From: a virus
IMG/VR virus record: IMGVR_UViG_3300034069_000599
Location: 1 to 39,044 of that record
Direction: 5' to 3' (one strand)
Length of the DNA: 39,044 nucleotides
Shown: one piece after another, positions 24,399 through 31,830 of the stretch
How positions within the stretch are numbered: position 1 is the first letter of the stretch
Layout of the letters: every line of letters starts with the position of its first letter
The notes under the pieces: model-generated
The model's input: the letters and a program-made list of their open reading frames with translations, nothing else
Database searches by the model: none
Told to the model about the DNA's origin: nothing
Program-made: the position numbers and the translations under genes

Positions 24399-25102
24399 GA
24401 CCGCACCTCCGCATCCGCTGCCAACACCGCTTCCGGATCAGCAGACCCGAACAGCGGCAGGAAGAAAAACGGCTGCCCGCGTTCGCGCATCACTCGCGCG
24501 CCCATGATTTCAGCCGTTGCACCCCCGGCGGCGTCCCTGGCGGCGTTCCAGGCGGCGTTCCAGGCGGCGTCCCTGGCGGCGTCCCTGGCGGCGTCCCTGG
24601 CGGCGTCCCAGGCGGCGTCCCTGGCGGCGTCCCAGGCGGCGTTCCAGGCGGCGTCCCAGGCGGCGTTCCAGGCGGCGTCCCTGGCGGCGTTCCAAGCGGC
24701 GTTCCACTGCTCTACAGTCATTCGGTCAAGGTGACGCCAGAACGCCAGAATGACCGCAGCCTGATCGCCGATCACCTGTTCGGGGTTGGTCAGGACGATT
24801 GCCGGCGCTCCCTCGGTGCTGTCGTTGACATTTCGCAGCAGGATCGCGTGAGCCCTGCTGATACCGAGCAAGTCAGCAACGGCGCGATCGGCCTTGCTCT
24901 GATCGGCAGCGTTAAGCTGTTTCGCCGTCCATCCGCCTAGAAGATGCAGCGCTTGGCCTTGAGCGCACATACAGCCGATGTTGCCCGGGTCGGCCTCATA
25001 AGCCGGCAGGTCGACAAGCTTTCCCTTATAGGGATGGCCTTCCGGCGATTGCCAGCGGGCGATCAGGTCGTCAATTGTCGTGATTTGTTGAGTAGCGGTC
25101 AT
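24395..25102 (-). CDS. Protein (235 aa) with a C-terminal array of 15 tetrapeptide repeats (AAW[ND]/AARD)
   Basis: GGAGG lies upstream of ATG 25102 (MTATQQITT...), with an ATGA overlap with the upstream gene. The repeats are encoded by 24527-24706. The ORF-track 303-aa version has a junk N-terminus. Confidence 0.7.
   Translation of the reverse strand: MTATQQITTIDDLIARWQSPEGHPYKGKLVDLPAYEADPGNIGCMCAQGQALHLLGGWTAKQLNAADQSKADRAVADLLGISRAHAILLRNVNDSTEGAPAIVLTNPEQVIGDQAAVILAFWRHLDRMTVEQWNAAWNAARDAAWNAAWDAAWNAAWDAARDAAWDAARDAARDAARDAAWNAAWNAARDAAGGATAEIMGARVMRERGQPFFFLPLFGSADPEAVLAADAEVRS
24527..24706. repeat. 15 tandem copies of a 12-bp unit (GGCGGCGTYCCW), in frame within CDS 24395-25102
   Basis: Counted directly. 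Units differ only at 2-3 positions, giving codon sets for W/R and D/N. Confidence 0.95.
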
Positions 25103-25299
25103 GCAGGCCTCCGTAGATCGGCGAGGGCGCGGGTAAGGTCCATGCTGGCGCGGCGGATGGCACCCTGCTCTCGGGGGAAATTGTCGTGCGTGAAATTGTG
25201 CCCGCCAGACACATACGGGCTCGGCTCGGGCAGCTTTTTCACGCGCATAATAAATCGCTCGGCCTCCGCCACGGCGACGGCAAGTTTGTCGCGGTTCAT
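25099..25299 (-). CDS. Hypothetical protein (66 aa)
   Basis: GAGGTG lies upstream of ATG 25299. ATGA overlap with the downstream gene. Confidence 0.55.
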   Translation of the reverse strand: MNRDKLAVAVAEAERFIMRVKKLPEPSPYVSGGHNFTHDNFPREQGAIRRASMDLTRALADLRRPA

Positions 25300-25360
25300 G
25301 CTTCACCTCGGGCTTGGCTGGCGCGCAGGGCGACAGGCGGATTGAATGATTGAGTAGCGG

Positions 25361-25540
25361 TCATGCGAGCCTCGCTTCGATCTCGGGGTTCATAGGGAGC
25401 AGGGGCGCGGCGTCGGGCGTAGGAAAACGCCGCACTGGCAACACCAGCCCTGAGCCGGACGACAAGCCCAGCCGTTCGCGCTCGGCCATCACACGCGCAA
25501 CGTGATCGTGGCGTGGCTGCTTGTGGATACGAGCGGTCAT
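25361..25540 (-). CDS. Small hypothetical protein (59 aa), below the ORF-track cutoff
   Basis: ATGA overlaps at both ends. Translation: MTARIHKQPRHDHVARVMAERERLGLSSGSGLVLPVRRFPTPDAAPLLPMNPEIEARLA. Confidence 0.45.
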   Translation of the reverse strand: MTARIHKQPRHDHVARVMAERERLGLSSGSGLVLPVRRFPTPDAAPLLPMNPEIEARLA

Positions 25541-26616
25541 ACTTCGGCTCCGTCGTGCTGGTTGCCGTGGTCGGCGTCGGTGCGGCCTTCGGGCTCGAAC
25601 GGCACGTCATCGGACATGGTAGCGACTTCATCGGCCACGCGGCACAGCATCTGGATTTCGTCCATGATCGGCTTGACAACCGCGCGATGTGGTTTGCCGT
25701 CATCGCTTTGCCACCATGCGGTGAATGCGGCCGTCCCATCCCGCGCCTTATCGCGGACAAGGTCCATGACCTGCTTCTGCTTCTGTGCCTCGCCTTGGCT
25801 GTTCGCCCACTCGGCCATGGCGGCACCGGTCGCCTCGCTCATGGGCTTCTTCGGGTCAAACAGACCCTTGAACTGGTCGGCAACCTTGATCTGGTGAACG
25901 GGGCAGCCGGGCGCGGACGGATCAAGAATGACCATCGCCGTCATCTCGAACATCAGGTCCGCATCGCTGGCGGGGTCCCATGGCACGTCCGACCGGCGGG
26001 TTTTCGTATCGCGCGCGTTGACCGAGGCACGGCCGTCTTTTTTCTGCATCACCGGCTTGGCGCGGGTGCAGATAATGATGTTGGTTTTCGCGCGAACGAT
26101 ACGATCAATCAGCCGCCGGTAGCGCGGCTTGACTTCCGCCCATGCGAGCTGACTGAACTTGGCCGGGTCAATTTCCCAACGGCCGTTCGCGCGGGCCTGA
26201 GCCTGTTGCACCAGCCGGTCCAGGACCTGAGCGTGTAGGTCAAGAACGCCGCCGACGCCCTCCCAAGCGTGGCTGAAACTGTCCATCACCAGCACCGGCA
26301 GCTTGGCAGCTTCGGCAGCGTTGATGACCTCAATCCACCGCTCAGGGCCGAAGCCGACCAAATCACCGCTTGCGTCGATGGCGGTGAAGTCGAAGTGCAT
26401 CATCTCCGGGAAAGCCGCTTTGTAATGCAAGGCGCGGTTGTTCTCGGTGTCGACGTAGCCGATCGGTGCGTCGTTGCGACCGGTAGCGCGCTGCGCCATC
26501 CCGCGCGCGACCCGGAGGGCGGTAAACGTCTTGCCGGTGCTGCTACCGCCCGATAGGCCAAGGGCGATCGTCAGCGGCGTTGTAATTTCCGTGACGGGAA
26601 CGAAGCGGATGCTCAC
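25537..26616 (-). CDS. RecA-fold P-loop ATPase, Sak4/AAA_24-like putative recombination protein
   Basis: Walker A GLSGGSSTGKT, and a Walker B-like LPVLVMDSFSH. GTGA-coupled directly downstream of the YqaJ exonuclease. At 359 aa it is longer than typical Sak4 proteins. Confidence 0.65.
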   Translation of the reverse strand: MSIRFVPVTEITTPLTIALGLSGGSSTGKTFTALRVARGMAQRATGRNDAPIGYVDTENNRALHYKAAFPEMMHFDFTAIDASGDLVGFGPERWIEVINAAEAAKLPVLVMDSFSHAWEGVGGVLDLHAQVLDRLVQQAQARANGRWEIDPAKFSQLAWAEVKPRYRRLIDRIVRAKTNIIICTRAKPVMQKKDGRASVNARDTKTRRSDVPWDPASDADLMFEMTAMVILDPSAPGCPVHQIKVADQFKGLFDPKKPMSEATGAAMAEWANSQGEAQKQKQVMDLVRDKARDGTAAFTAWWQSDDGKPHRAVVKPIMDEIQMLCRVADEVATMSDDVPFEPEGRTDADHGNQHDGAEV

Positions 26617-27353
26617 TGGAATGTCTCCCGAAAAGTGGTGAGTATGGCGGCGATCTTCGCTTCCGCAGCTTCGGACGCTTCTCGGATCGCCGCCTGAATT
26701 TGATCGTCGGGGTGAACTCGGATTACTGCCATCGGCAGACCAGCCGAAAAGCTGACGAAATCAATCCATTGCCGCTCGGTCACCAGTAGCCCCGTCTGGT
26801 GCTGCATTAGATACTCGGGCGGAATGGTGCCGTTCAGCAGGTGCTCGATCAGGGTTTCGACCTGAAATTTCTGCCGGCGTGATTTGCATTCGATCGCGCC
26901 ATCATGGCCGACAAGCCCGTCCGGTGAGTAGCCAAGCGTGTAGCCCCACCGATTGTTCGTGACGAAACCGCATTCGATTACCGGGGCGTAGCGCTCGGCA
27001 TAAATCGCCCGCGCCTCCACCTCGTCGTTCTGGCCACGAAGCATGTCGTTGGTGACGAACATTGGCTCGACGTTTTTTGTCAGCCGCTGCGCCGCCAGCT
27101 CGTAGATGTGTTTGCGGCAAGCGTCGTCGTCCGCGACGACCACCCACTCGCGTTGCTTGTAGGGCTCGCCGTTTTTCTTGACGCGGGTTTCCTCCTTGGG
27201 AGGCGGCGATATGATGAGGCGCATCTCGCTAGCCGTCAGCAGCCCACACCGGGCTTGCAACCATTGCTCCGACCCTTGGTCGAAATTGGCGTGGTACGTG
27301 ACATACGGCTTGTCGGCCGGGCTGTACGCGGTGAAGGGGGCTGCCTGGTTCAC
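26613..27353 (-). CDS. YqaJ-like (lambda Exo-type, PD-(D/E)xK) recombination exonuclease
   Basis: QGSEQWLQARCGLLTASEM (YqaJ N-motif) and SPDGLVGHDGAIECKS (D...E.K active site). GTG 27353 forms a GTGA overlap with the upstream 70-aa ORF. The 365-aa ORF-track version was rejected. Confidence 0.8.
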   Translation of the reverse strand: MNQAAPFTAYSPADKPYVTYHANFDQGSEQWLQARCGLLTASEMRLIISPPPKEETRVKKNGEPYKQREWVVVADDDACRKHIYELAAQRLTKNVEPMFVTNDMLRGQNDEVEARAIYAERYAPVIECGFVTNNRWGYTLGYSPDGLVGHDGAIECKSRRQKFQVETLIEHLLNGTIPPEYLMQHQTGLLVTERQWIDFVSFSAGLPMAVIRVHPDDQIQAAIREASEAAEAKIAAILTTFRETFQ

Positions 27354-27562
27354 CGACTCACCCCCGCCCAAAGCCGACCCACCGCGTCCCAAGCCGAGAA
27401 TGTGATGCGTGTCGCTACATTCCAAACCACGTCTGCAGCCCGGGTTACAGCGTCCCAAGCCGAAACCGCAGCGCGCGTCACCACGTCGGTCGGCTCGCGC
27501 CACCAGCCGTGGAGCAGGACGAGGCCGATGAAGCCGGCGGTTATGAGGAGGGGGCCGGTCAT
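27350..27562 (-). CDS. Small membrane-anchored protein (70 aa)
   Basis: ATGA overlap at ATG 27562. N-terminal TM segment GPLLITAGFIGLVLL. Contains an internal near-repeat, SAWDAVTRAADVVWNVATRITFSAWDAVGR. Confidence 0.5.
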   Translation of the reverse strand: MTGPLLITAGFIGLVLLHGWWREPTDVVTRAAVSAWDAVTRAADVVWNVATRITFSAWDAVGRLWAGVSR

Positions 27563-28044
27563 GCCGCTTTCTCCAAAAACGAGGCGTTGTGCTCGTCGGT
27601 GACGATCTGAACCGCCGCGTCGACGCTGATGGTGCTTTCACCCAACCAGTCGTTGAAGTCGTCCGCTTCCGCCGTCTCGTCGTCGTTGTTGCCAATGCCG
27701 GCGCGTTCATCGGCGATGAAGTTGTCGCGGATGCCGTCGAGCATGTCGAACAGGGCGTTGCGGGCTTTGGCGACCTGGACCCGAGCCTCGCGATAGTCGC
27801 GTTCCTGCCACGTCGCAGGATGGCTGGTTAGGCCCCTGCCAGCTGCAACCAGTGCAGTGAGCAACGGCGCATCGGCCGCATCCTCCAACACGAACATCGC
27901 CTTGATGATCGGCCGAGCGTGATCCACCCACTTGTTGCAGGCGAGCAGCTTGGCCGGGTCGTTGGCATAGCCGGGCATCGCACCGCCGCGGTCGGCAATC
28001 AGGGTTGCGGCGTCGGCCTGGTGGATGGGGCTGTGCAGGTTCAC
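27559..28044 (-). CDS. Hypothetical protein (161 aa) with an acidic C-terminal segment
   Basis: GTGA overlap at GTG 28044. Contains NNDDETAEADDFNDW. No motif recognised. Confidence 0.65.
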   Translation of the reverse strand: MNLHSPIHQADAATLIADRGGAMPGYANDPAKLLACNKWVDHARPIIKAMFVLEDAADAPLLTALVAAGRGLTSHPATWQERDYREARVQVAKARNALFDMLDGIRDNFIADERAGIGNNDDETAEADDFNDWLGESTISVDAAVQIVTDEHNASFLEKAA

Positions 28045-28247
28045 TTGCCCGCCTCCCCGTCGATCAGAAACCGCTCAACCACCGCCGGGCGATGAAACGC
28101 CGACGCAATGGCGGCATAGGCGTTACGGGTGCCGGCTTGGTTGGCCTCGCTGACCTTGAAACGCATGCCCTCCGCTTGTGCGCGGGCTTCGGCGTAGCTC
28201 GGGTCCGGCTTGCGGGCGTGAAAGGCGGTGATGGGCTGGTGTGGCAT
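28041..28247 (-). CDS. Hypothetical protein (68 aa)
   Basis: ATG 28247 shares its A with the upstream TGA. GTG 28250 is an alternative start. Confidence 0.55.
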   Translation of the reverse strand: MPHQPITAFHARKPDPSYAEARAQAEGMRFKVSEANQAGTRNAYAAIASAFHRPAVVERFLIDGEAGK

Positions 28248-29221
28248 CACGCGGCTTCCACCAGCTTGCCGGCGTTAGCCACATACCAAGTGCTGGCCTG
28301 CACACCGTCACGCCCGACGATGCCAGCGGCAACCGAGATGATGTTGTGGTCGTCATCGCGCTCAACAGCGAACAGCGCATTGCCATCGGCGCCCATGACC
28401 TTGCCGGCATAGCCGGACGACATGGCCGCGCCTTGCCGGCCCGTGGCCGATGCCGCGCCTTGCCGGCCCGTGGCCGATGCCGCGCCTTGCTCGCCCGTGG
28501 CCGATGCCGCGCCCCGCGTGCCCGTGGCCAATGCCGCGCCCCGCGTGCCCGTGGCCGATGCCGCGCCTTGCGTACCCGTGGCCGATGCCGCGCCTTGCCA
28601 GCCCGTGGCCAATGCCGCGCCTTGCCAGCCCGTGGCCAATGCCGCGCCTTGCCAGCCCGTGGCCAATGCCGCGCCTCGCTCGCCCGTGGCCAATGCCGCG
28701 CCTTGCTCGCCCGTGGCCGATGCCGCGCCCCGCGTGCCCGTGGCCGATGCCGCGCCCCGCGTGCCCGTGGCCGATGCCGCGCCTTGCCAGCCCGTGGCCG
28801 ATGCCGCGCCTTGATCAATCGTTACGTGCGCGTCATCCGACTTGGTTGCGCGCGACCAAACATAGTCCCACGCGCGCTTGACCAGCTCGCCGAGCGAGAC
28901 CTCAAGCTCAATCGTGATGGTAGCCGACGCGATCTTGATGTCGTCGTCGCTGTCAGTCGCGCCCGCCTGAACCACGTCGTGAAACCGTGAACCCGCCGGC
29001 GCGTAATAGCCAAACACCGACAACGGATGCGCGTCGCGCGTGCATGCGTGAAAGCCGCTGCGGCAAGCCTTGACCGGACCGTCCAGAGTGTAGGTCTGGC
29101 CCGCCGCGAACTGATAGCCCCGACACGTCAGGTCCGAGTTGAAGCCTTTAATGCTATGGACGATTGCCGGGGCTGAGCCCGCCTCCCCCGCCCGTTTACT
29201 CGCTTCCGCCGCTGTCACCAC
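28247..29221 (-). CDS. First gene of the early-left operon. The N-domain resembles DUF7666, followed by about 15 nonapeptide repeats (xxGAA[SL]ATG) and a C-terminal domain.
   Basis: GGAG lies 7 nt before GTG 29221. N-terminal [20 protein letters not shown]...CRSGFHAC. The repeats are encoded by 28425-28812. The C-terminus ends ...[22 protein letters not shown]. Confidence 0.75.
   Translation of the reverse strand: MVTAAEASKRAGEAGSAPAIVHSIKGFNSDLTCRGYQFAAGQTYTLDGPVKACRSGFHACTRDAHPLSVFGYYAPAGSRFHDVVQAGATDSDDDIKIASATITIELEVSLGELVKRAWDYVWSRATKSDDAHVTIDQGAASATGWQGAASATGTRGAASATGTRGAASATGEQGAALATGERGAALATGWQGAALATGWQGAALATGWQGAASATGTQGAASATGTRGAALATGTRGAASATGEQGAASATGRQGAASATGRQGAAMSSGYAGKVMGADGNALFAVERDDDHNIISVAAGIVGRDGVQASTWYVANAGKLVEAA
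28425..28812. repeat. About 14.4 tandem copies of a 27-bp unit (GCCGCGCCTTGCCGGCCCGTGGCCGAT and variants), in frame within CDS 28247-29221
   Basis: Counted directly: 14 full units over 28425-28802 plus a partial unit. Variation is concentrated in the two codons preceding GAA[SL]ATG and in the S/L codon. Confidence 0.95.
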
Positions 29222-29389
29222 TTCGTATCTCCATGCCGGGGTGTCCGGCTATGCAGCTCATATGTACCCAGCCAAGGTAAGCGTCAACGGGAAAATGCAC
29301 GTCCTCAAAATGAGGCCATGAATGCCGGGCGCGCGTCGAACCCACATAAGCCGCTTGCATTGCGTTCCCCGCAAGGGTACGGAGAGTAA
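29222..29389. promoter_or_regulatory. Divergent early control region between the leftward and rightward early operons
   Basis: 168-bp spacer between divergent first genes. Contains TTGCAT (-35-like) and the CTTGC...GCAAG inverted repeat upstream of the cro-like gene. No confident -10 element. Confidence 0.4.
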
Positions 29390-29626
29390 ATGCACGAAAC
29401 CCCCCTCCGCATTTACCTCCGCGAGACTAATCGCAGCGCCGAGCAATTCGCGCAAGCGCACGATTTCAGCCCATGGAGTGTCAGGCATTGGGCGCGGGGT
29501 GACAAGATGCCCAAGCCGAGGTTTCAACGCCGGCTTGCGATCGCAACCAGTGGTATCGTCACTCCGGTGGCGTGGGCGGCTTGGGTGACTGCGCGGCCGG
29601 TTTCTTTGGATGGGGAGATTGCATAA
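29390..29626 (+). CDS. Cro/YdaS-like HTH transcriptional regulator (78 aa)
   Basis: GGAGAG SD. SAEQFAQAHDFSPWSVRHWARGDKMPKPRFQRRLAIATSGIVTP follows the YdaS/Cro pattern (HTH ... W.rG.r.P ... aI..aTgG.Vt). It is the first gene of the rightward operon. Confidence 0.6.
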   Translation: MHETPLRIYLRETNRSAEQFAQAHDFSPWSVRHWARGDKMPKPRFQRRLAIATSGIVTPVAWAAWVTARPVSLDGEIA

Positions 29627-29788
29627 ATGCGCGGGCTGGCCACATTCGCAGCCGTTGTGGCCCTTGGGGGGTCGCTGGCAAAGATCGCGTCCGACGCCAG
29701 CGTTGCCTCGTTCAACGCTTTTCTTCTCGGCATGACATACATGATCGGCGCTGCGCTGGTCGTGAACGGGCGGAAGGCAGCGGCGTGA
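29627..29788 (+). CDS. Small membrane protein (53 aa), below the ORF-track cutoff
   Basis: The ATG follows the cro TAA directly. Translation: MRGLATFAAVVALGGSLAKIASDASVASFNAFLLGMTYMIGAALVVNGRKAAA. GTGA overlap with the next ORF. Confidence 0.45.
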   Translation: MRGLATFAAVVALGGSLAKIASDASVASFNAFLLGMTYMIGAALVVNGRKAAA

Positions 29789-29955
29789 TTTTCACCGATC
29801 CGTCCGCTCGTCAGCACGCCGAAGCAGCAGCTCAATCGTGCGCCAATGCGCTTCAGACAGATCATATGGGGGAGTCCGTATGGTGGCTGAGCATCGCTCG
29901 CCAACACGCCCGCGAGGCGGAGCAATGCCAGCAGGATTCGGAGGGCGGTCAGTGA
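29785..29955 (+). CDS. Small hypothetical protein (56 aa)
   Basis: GTGA overlaps at both ends. It is the 3' part of ORF-track ORF 29572-29955. Confidence 0.4.
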   Translation: MIFTDPSARQHAEAAAQSCANALQTDHMGESVWWLSIARQHAREAEQCQQDSEGGQ

Positions 29956-30077
29956 TCGCCGGCACCCTTGTCAGCGCAGCGGCAGCGCTGGTGATCGTCA
30001 ATGCATTGCGTTTCGGTGGTCACGAGGTCGGTGCGTGTGCACTCGCGTCGCAAGATAAATGGGACAAGCGTAGATGA
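29952..30077 (+). CDS. Small membrane protein (41 aa)
   Basis: GTGA start overlap and ATGA stop overlap. Contains VIAGTLVSAAAALVIVNALRF. Confidence 0.4.
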   Translation: MIAGTLVSAAAALVIVNALRFGGHEVGACALASQDKWDKRR

Positions 30078-30688
30078 ACCGGACTTGCACCACCTGCCCG
30101 CGCGAACTGGGTCCGAGGAATAAAAGCGGCCTCTGCCGGTCCTGCATCGCCAAGCGTAACAACGCCTCGCCCGAACTTCAGCAGCGTCGCAAGGACGCAA
30201 TCACCGCCTTTCACGCCGATCCGACCGTCAAGGCCGGCTATCGGGAGCGCATGCGGGTCCGGAACCGCGACCTGTCCGACGCCGAGCGCGAGAAGCGCCG
30301 GGAACATGGTCGCCGGCAGTATCGCGACGTCCTGAGCCGCCCTGACATACAGTCGCGCACACAGTCGGCGGAGGCACGGGCCAAGCGCGGTGCGGCTGTC
30401 AGTGCCGCGGCCTATCGCGACATTCCGGAAGGCCAGCGCGACGAGGTGAGGCGGCTTGTTCGCGGTGGCATGGCAACGGCTGCCGAGGCTCGCGCTATAG
30501 TCGCGGAGGCTGTTGCACTTGAGAAGCGCCGGGCTCTAACGGCTGAGCGCGAGCGTCTAGCCGCGCTGCCGCTGGTGGAACGCCAGCTCGAACGCGTTCG
30601 CAATGGTGCCACGGTTAGTGACAAGCCCGACCTGCGTCCGGCGGGGCATGCCTACACCTTGGGCGGTGTCGCTTCGGGGCAGTTGTGA
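30074..30688 (+). CDS. Hypothetical protein (204 aa) with an N-terminal CxxC...CxxC zinc-ribbon-like motif
   Basis: MNRTCTTCPRELGPRNKSGLCRSC, followed by a highly charged Arg/Glu-rich helical region. Confidence 0.7.
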   Translation: MNRTCTTCPRELGPRNKSGLCRSCIAKRNNASPELQQRRKDAITAFHADPTVKAGYRERMRVRNRDLSDAEREKRREHGRRQYRDVLSRPDIQSRTQSAEARAKRGAAVSAAAYRDIPEGQRDEVRRLVRGGMATAAEARAIVAEAVALEKRRALTAERERLAALPLVERQLERVRNGATVSDKPDLRPAGHAYTLGGVASGQL

Positions 30689-30903
30689 CGCGCGGTTCCA
30701 TGTACGGCGCCCGTGCCCGGACGCAGCAGGACAGGATGAACGACGCTGTTTTGTTCATCTGCAATGCTCGCCCGGCTGCGTTGCTCGCGATGACGGCTGA
30801 AAGGCTTTGCGCGGACAAGGGCGTGTCGGGTCGCGAGAACATTCGGCAGATTGAGACGCGCTTGCTGGCGGCGCAGGATCGTGAGCGGAGGCGGAAGGTA
30901 TGA
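30685..30903 (+). CDS. Hypothetical protein (72 aa)
   Basis: GTGA and ATGA overlaps. Confidence 0.55.
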   Translation: MTRGSMYGARARTQQDRMNDAVLFICNARPAALLAMTAERLCADKGVSGRENIRQIETRLLAAQDRERRRKV

Positions 30904-31337
30904 CCGACGCAATCTTCGCCGCGCTGGACGAGTCGCTGGTCGAAACACTGGACCCGGCAATCTACGTCGAACCCAAGGACAAGCTGCCGGGCAATGAGGA
31001 CAGCCGGCAGGCCCCACTTGTGGCGTACATTCGCAAATACGAGCGGGCGTGCCGCATCGTCGCTATCGTAAATGGCGCGAAACGCACTCGCTGGGAAGCC
31101 GCCAAGGCCAAGCGCGAGGGCATGCTTTCGGGTGAGCCGGACCTGAGTATCACATGGGCCGATAATCCGACCGCGCGTATCGAAATGAAAGATGGGCAGT
31201 CGATGCCGACGCCCAACCAGATCGCGGCGCTCAACTGGTATCACCGGCGCGGGCATCCTGTTGCCGTGTGCCGGACCATGGAGGGGGCACTTGCGTGGCT
31301 TGCAAGTATAGGCGCGCCGGTGAGGTGTGCGCGGTGA
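30900..31337 (+). CDS. VRR-NUC domain nuclease
   Basis: GMLSGEPDLSITW...ARIEMKDGQSMPTPNQIAALNWYHRRGHPVAVCRTMEGALAWL follows the VRR-NUC pattern (G.PD ... iE.K ... Q ... G ... v.s.eea). Confidence 0.7.
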   Translation: MTDAIFAALDESLVETLDPAIYVEPKDKLPGNEDSRQAPLVAYIRKYERACRIVAIVNGAKRTRWEAAKAKREGMLSGEPDLSITWADNPTARIEMKDGQSMPTPNQIAALNWYHRRGHPVAVCRTMEGALAWLASIGAPVRCAR

Positions 31338-31498
31338 TCCGGCTACTCGCGCTGCTTTGGTCGGGATGTTGGCACAAATGGGTGATCCATCGCGAGGGCG
31401 TGTATAACTCGACGCGAGGAGGCATAATCGTTGAAAAGAAATACTTTTATGACCTTCGGTGCCAACGTTGCGGGAGAATGAAAGGTAAGGTGCTATGA
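31334..31498 (+). CDS. Small Cys-rich protein (54 aa)
   Basis: GTGA and ATGA overlaps. Contains ...GCWHKW...CQRCGRM. Confidence 0.5.
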   Translation: MIRLLALLWSGCWHKWVIHREGVYNSTRGGIIVEKKYFYDLRCQRCGRMKGKVL

Positions 31499-31830
31499 AC
31501 GCTCCCGCTCACCTCCCCCGTCCAATCGCAATGGACGAAAGCTCGCATGAAGCCGCGCACCGCCACGCGATCAGCATCCATTGTCCGAACCAGGACGAGA
31601 TGCAGATGGCTGCGCGAGTGGACATCGCGATCATGCGAGATGCGGCCAGCGTTGGGCTTGCAAGGGTTTGTGAAGCTGCAGCACCGTTGCTTCAACAGGT
31701 GTCAACGGTCGCTGCGAAGGTGGTGTATGCGCAGGTCAGCGCGCGCGACCTGATGCTGGCCCGATCGGCCCTCGCTATCACCATGGAAGCGGCGCGCGCG
31801 ATGGAGCGGGCATTTCGAGATGAGCGATGA
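31495..31830 (+). CDS. Hypothetical protein (111 aa)
   Basis: ATGA overlap. High GC3. Confidence 0.6.
   Translation: MNAPAHLPRPIAMDESSHEAAHRHAISIHCPNQDEMQMAARVDIAIMRDAASVGLARVCEAAAPLLQQVSTVAAKVVYAQVSARDLMLARSALAITMEAARAMERAFRDER

Noticed and set aside
24504-24753. Alternative-frame ORFs across the 12-bp repeat (SLAASQAA..., RRRPWRRS..., GRRLERRQ...)
   Set aside because: Same reasoning as for the 27-bp repeat. Only the AAWD/AARD frame is continuous with the 235-aa gene.
25296-25826. 176-aa minus-strand ORF, and the N-terminal extensions of ORFs 24395-25306 and 26613-27710
   Set aside because: The extensions overlap upstream genes and translate to Arg/Pro-rich junk. Internal starts with SD or ATGA/GTGA coupling give compact genes (25361-25540, 24395-25102, 26613-27353).
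24527-28812. CRISPR array or diversity-generating retroelement as an explanation for the two repeat tracts
   Set aside because: The repeats are contiguous with no spacers, have periods of 12 and 27 bp, and lie inside CDSs. No cas gene, reverse transcriptase or template-repeat/variable-repeat pair is present in the closed genome.
28123-28990. ORFs reading the 27-bp repeat in other frames or on the other strand (RHRPRARGA..., PWPMPRLA..., CRALPARGR... proteins)
   Set aside because: Any tandem repeat whose unit is a multiple of 3 is open in all frames. Only the minus-strand GAASATG frame connects to non-repeat N- and C-domains, an SD and the operon coupling.
29258-29925. Minus-strand ORFs 29258-29527 and 29524-29925 as a possible CI-like repressor opposite the cro-like gene
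   Set aside because: They overlap the better-supported plus-strand genes, lack an HTH or peptidase motif, and have poor coding character.
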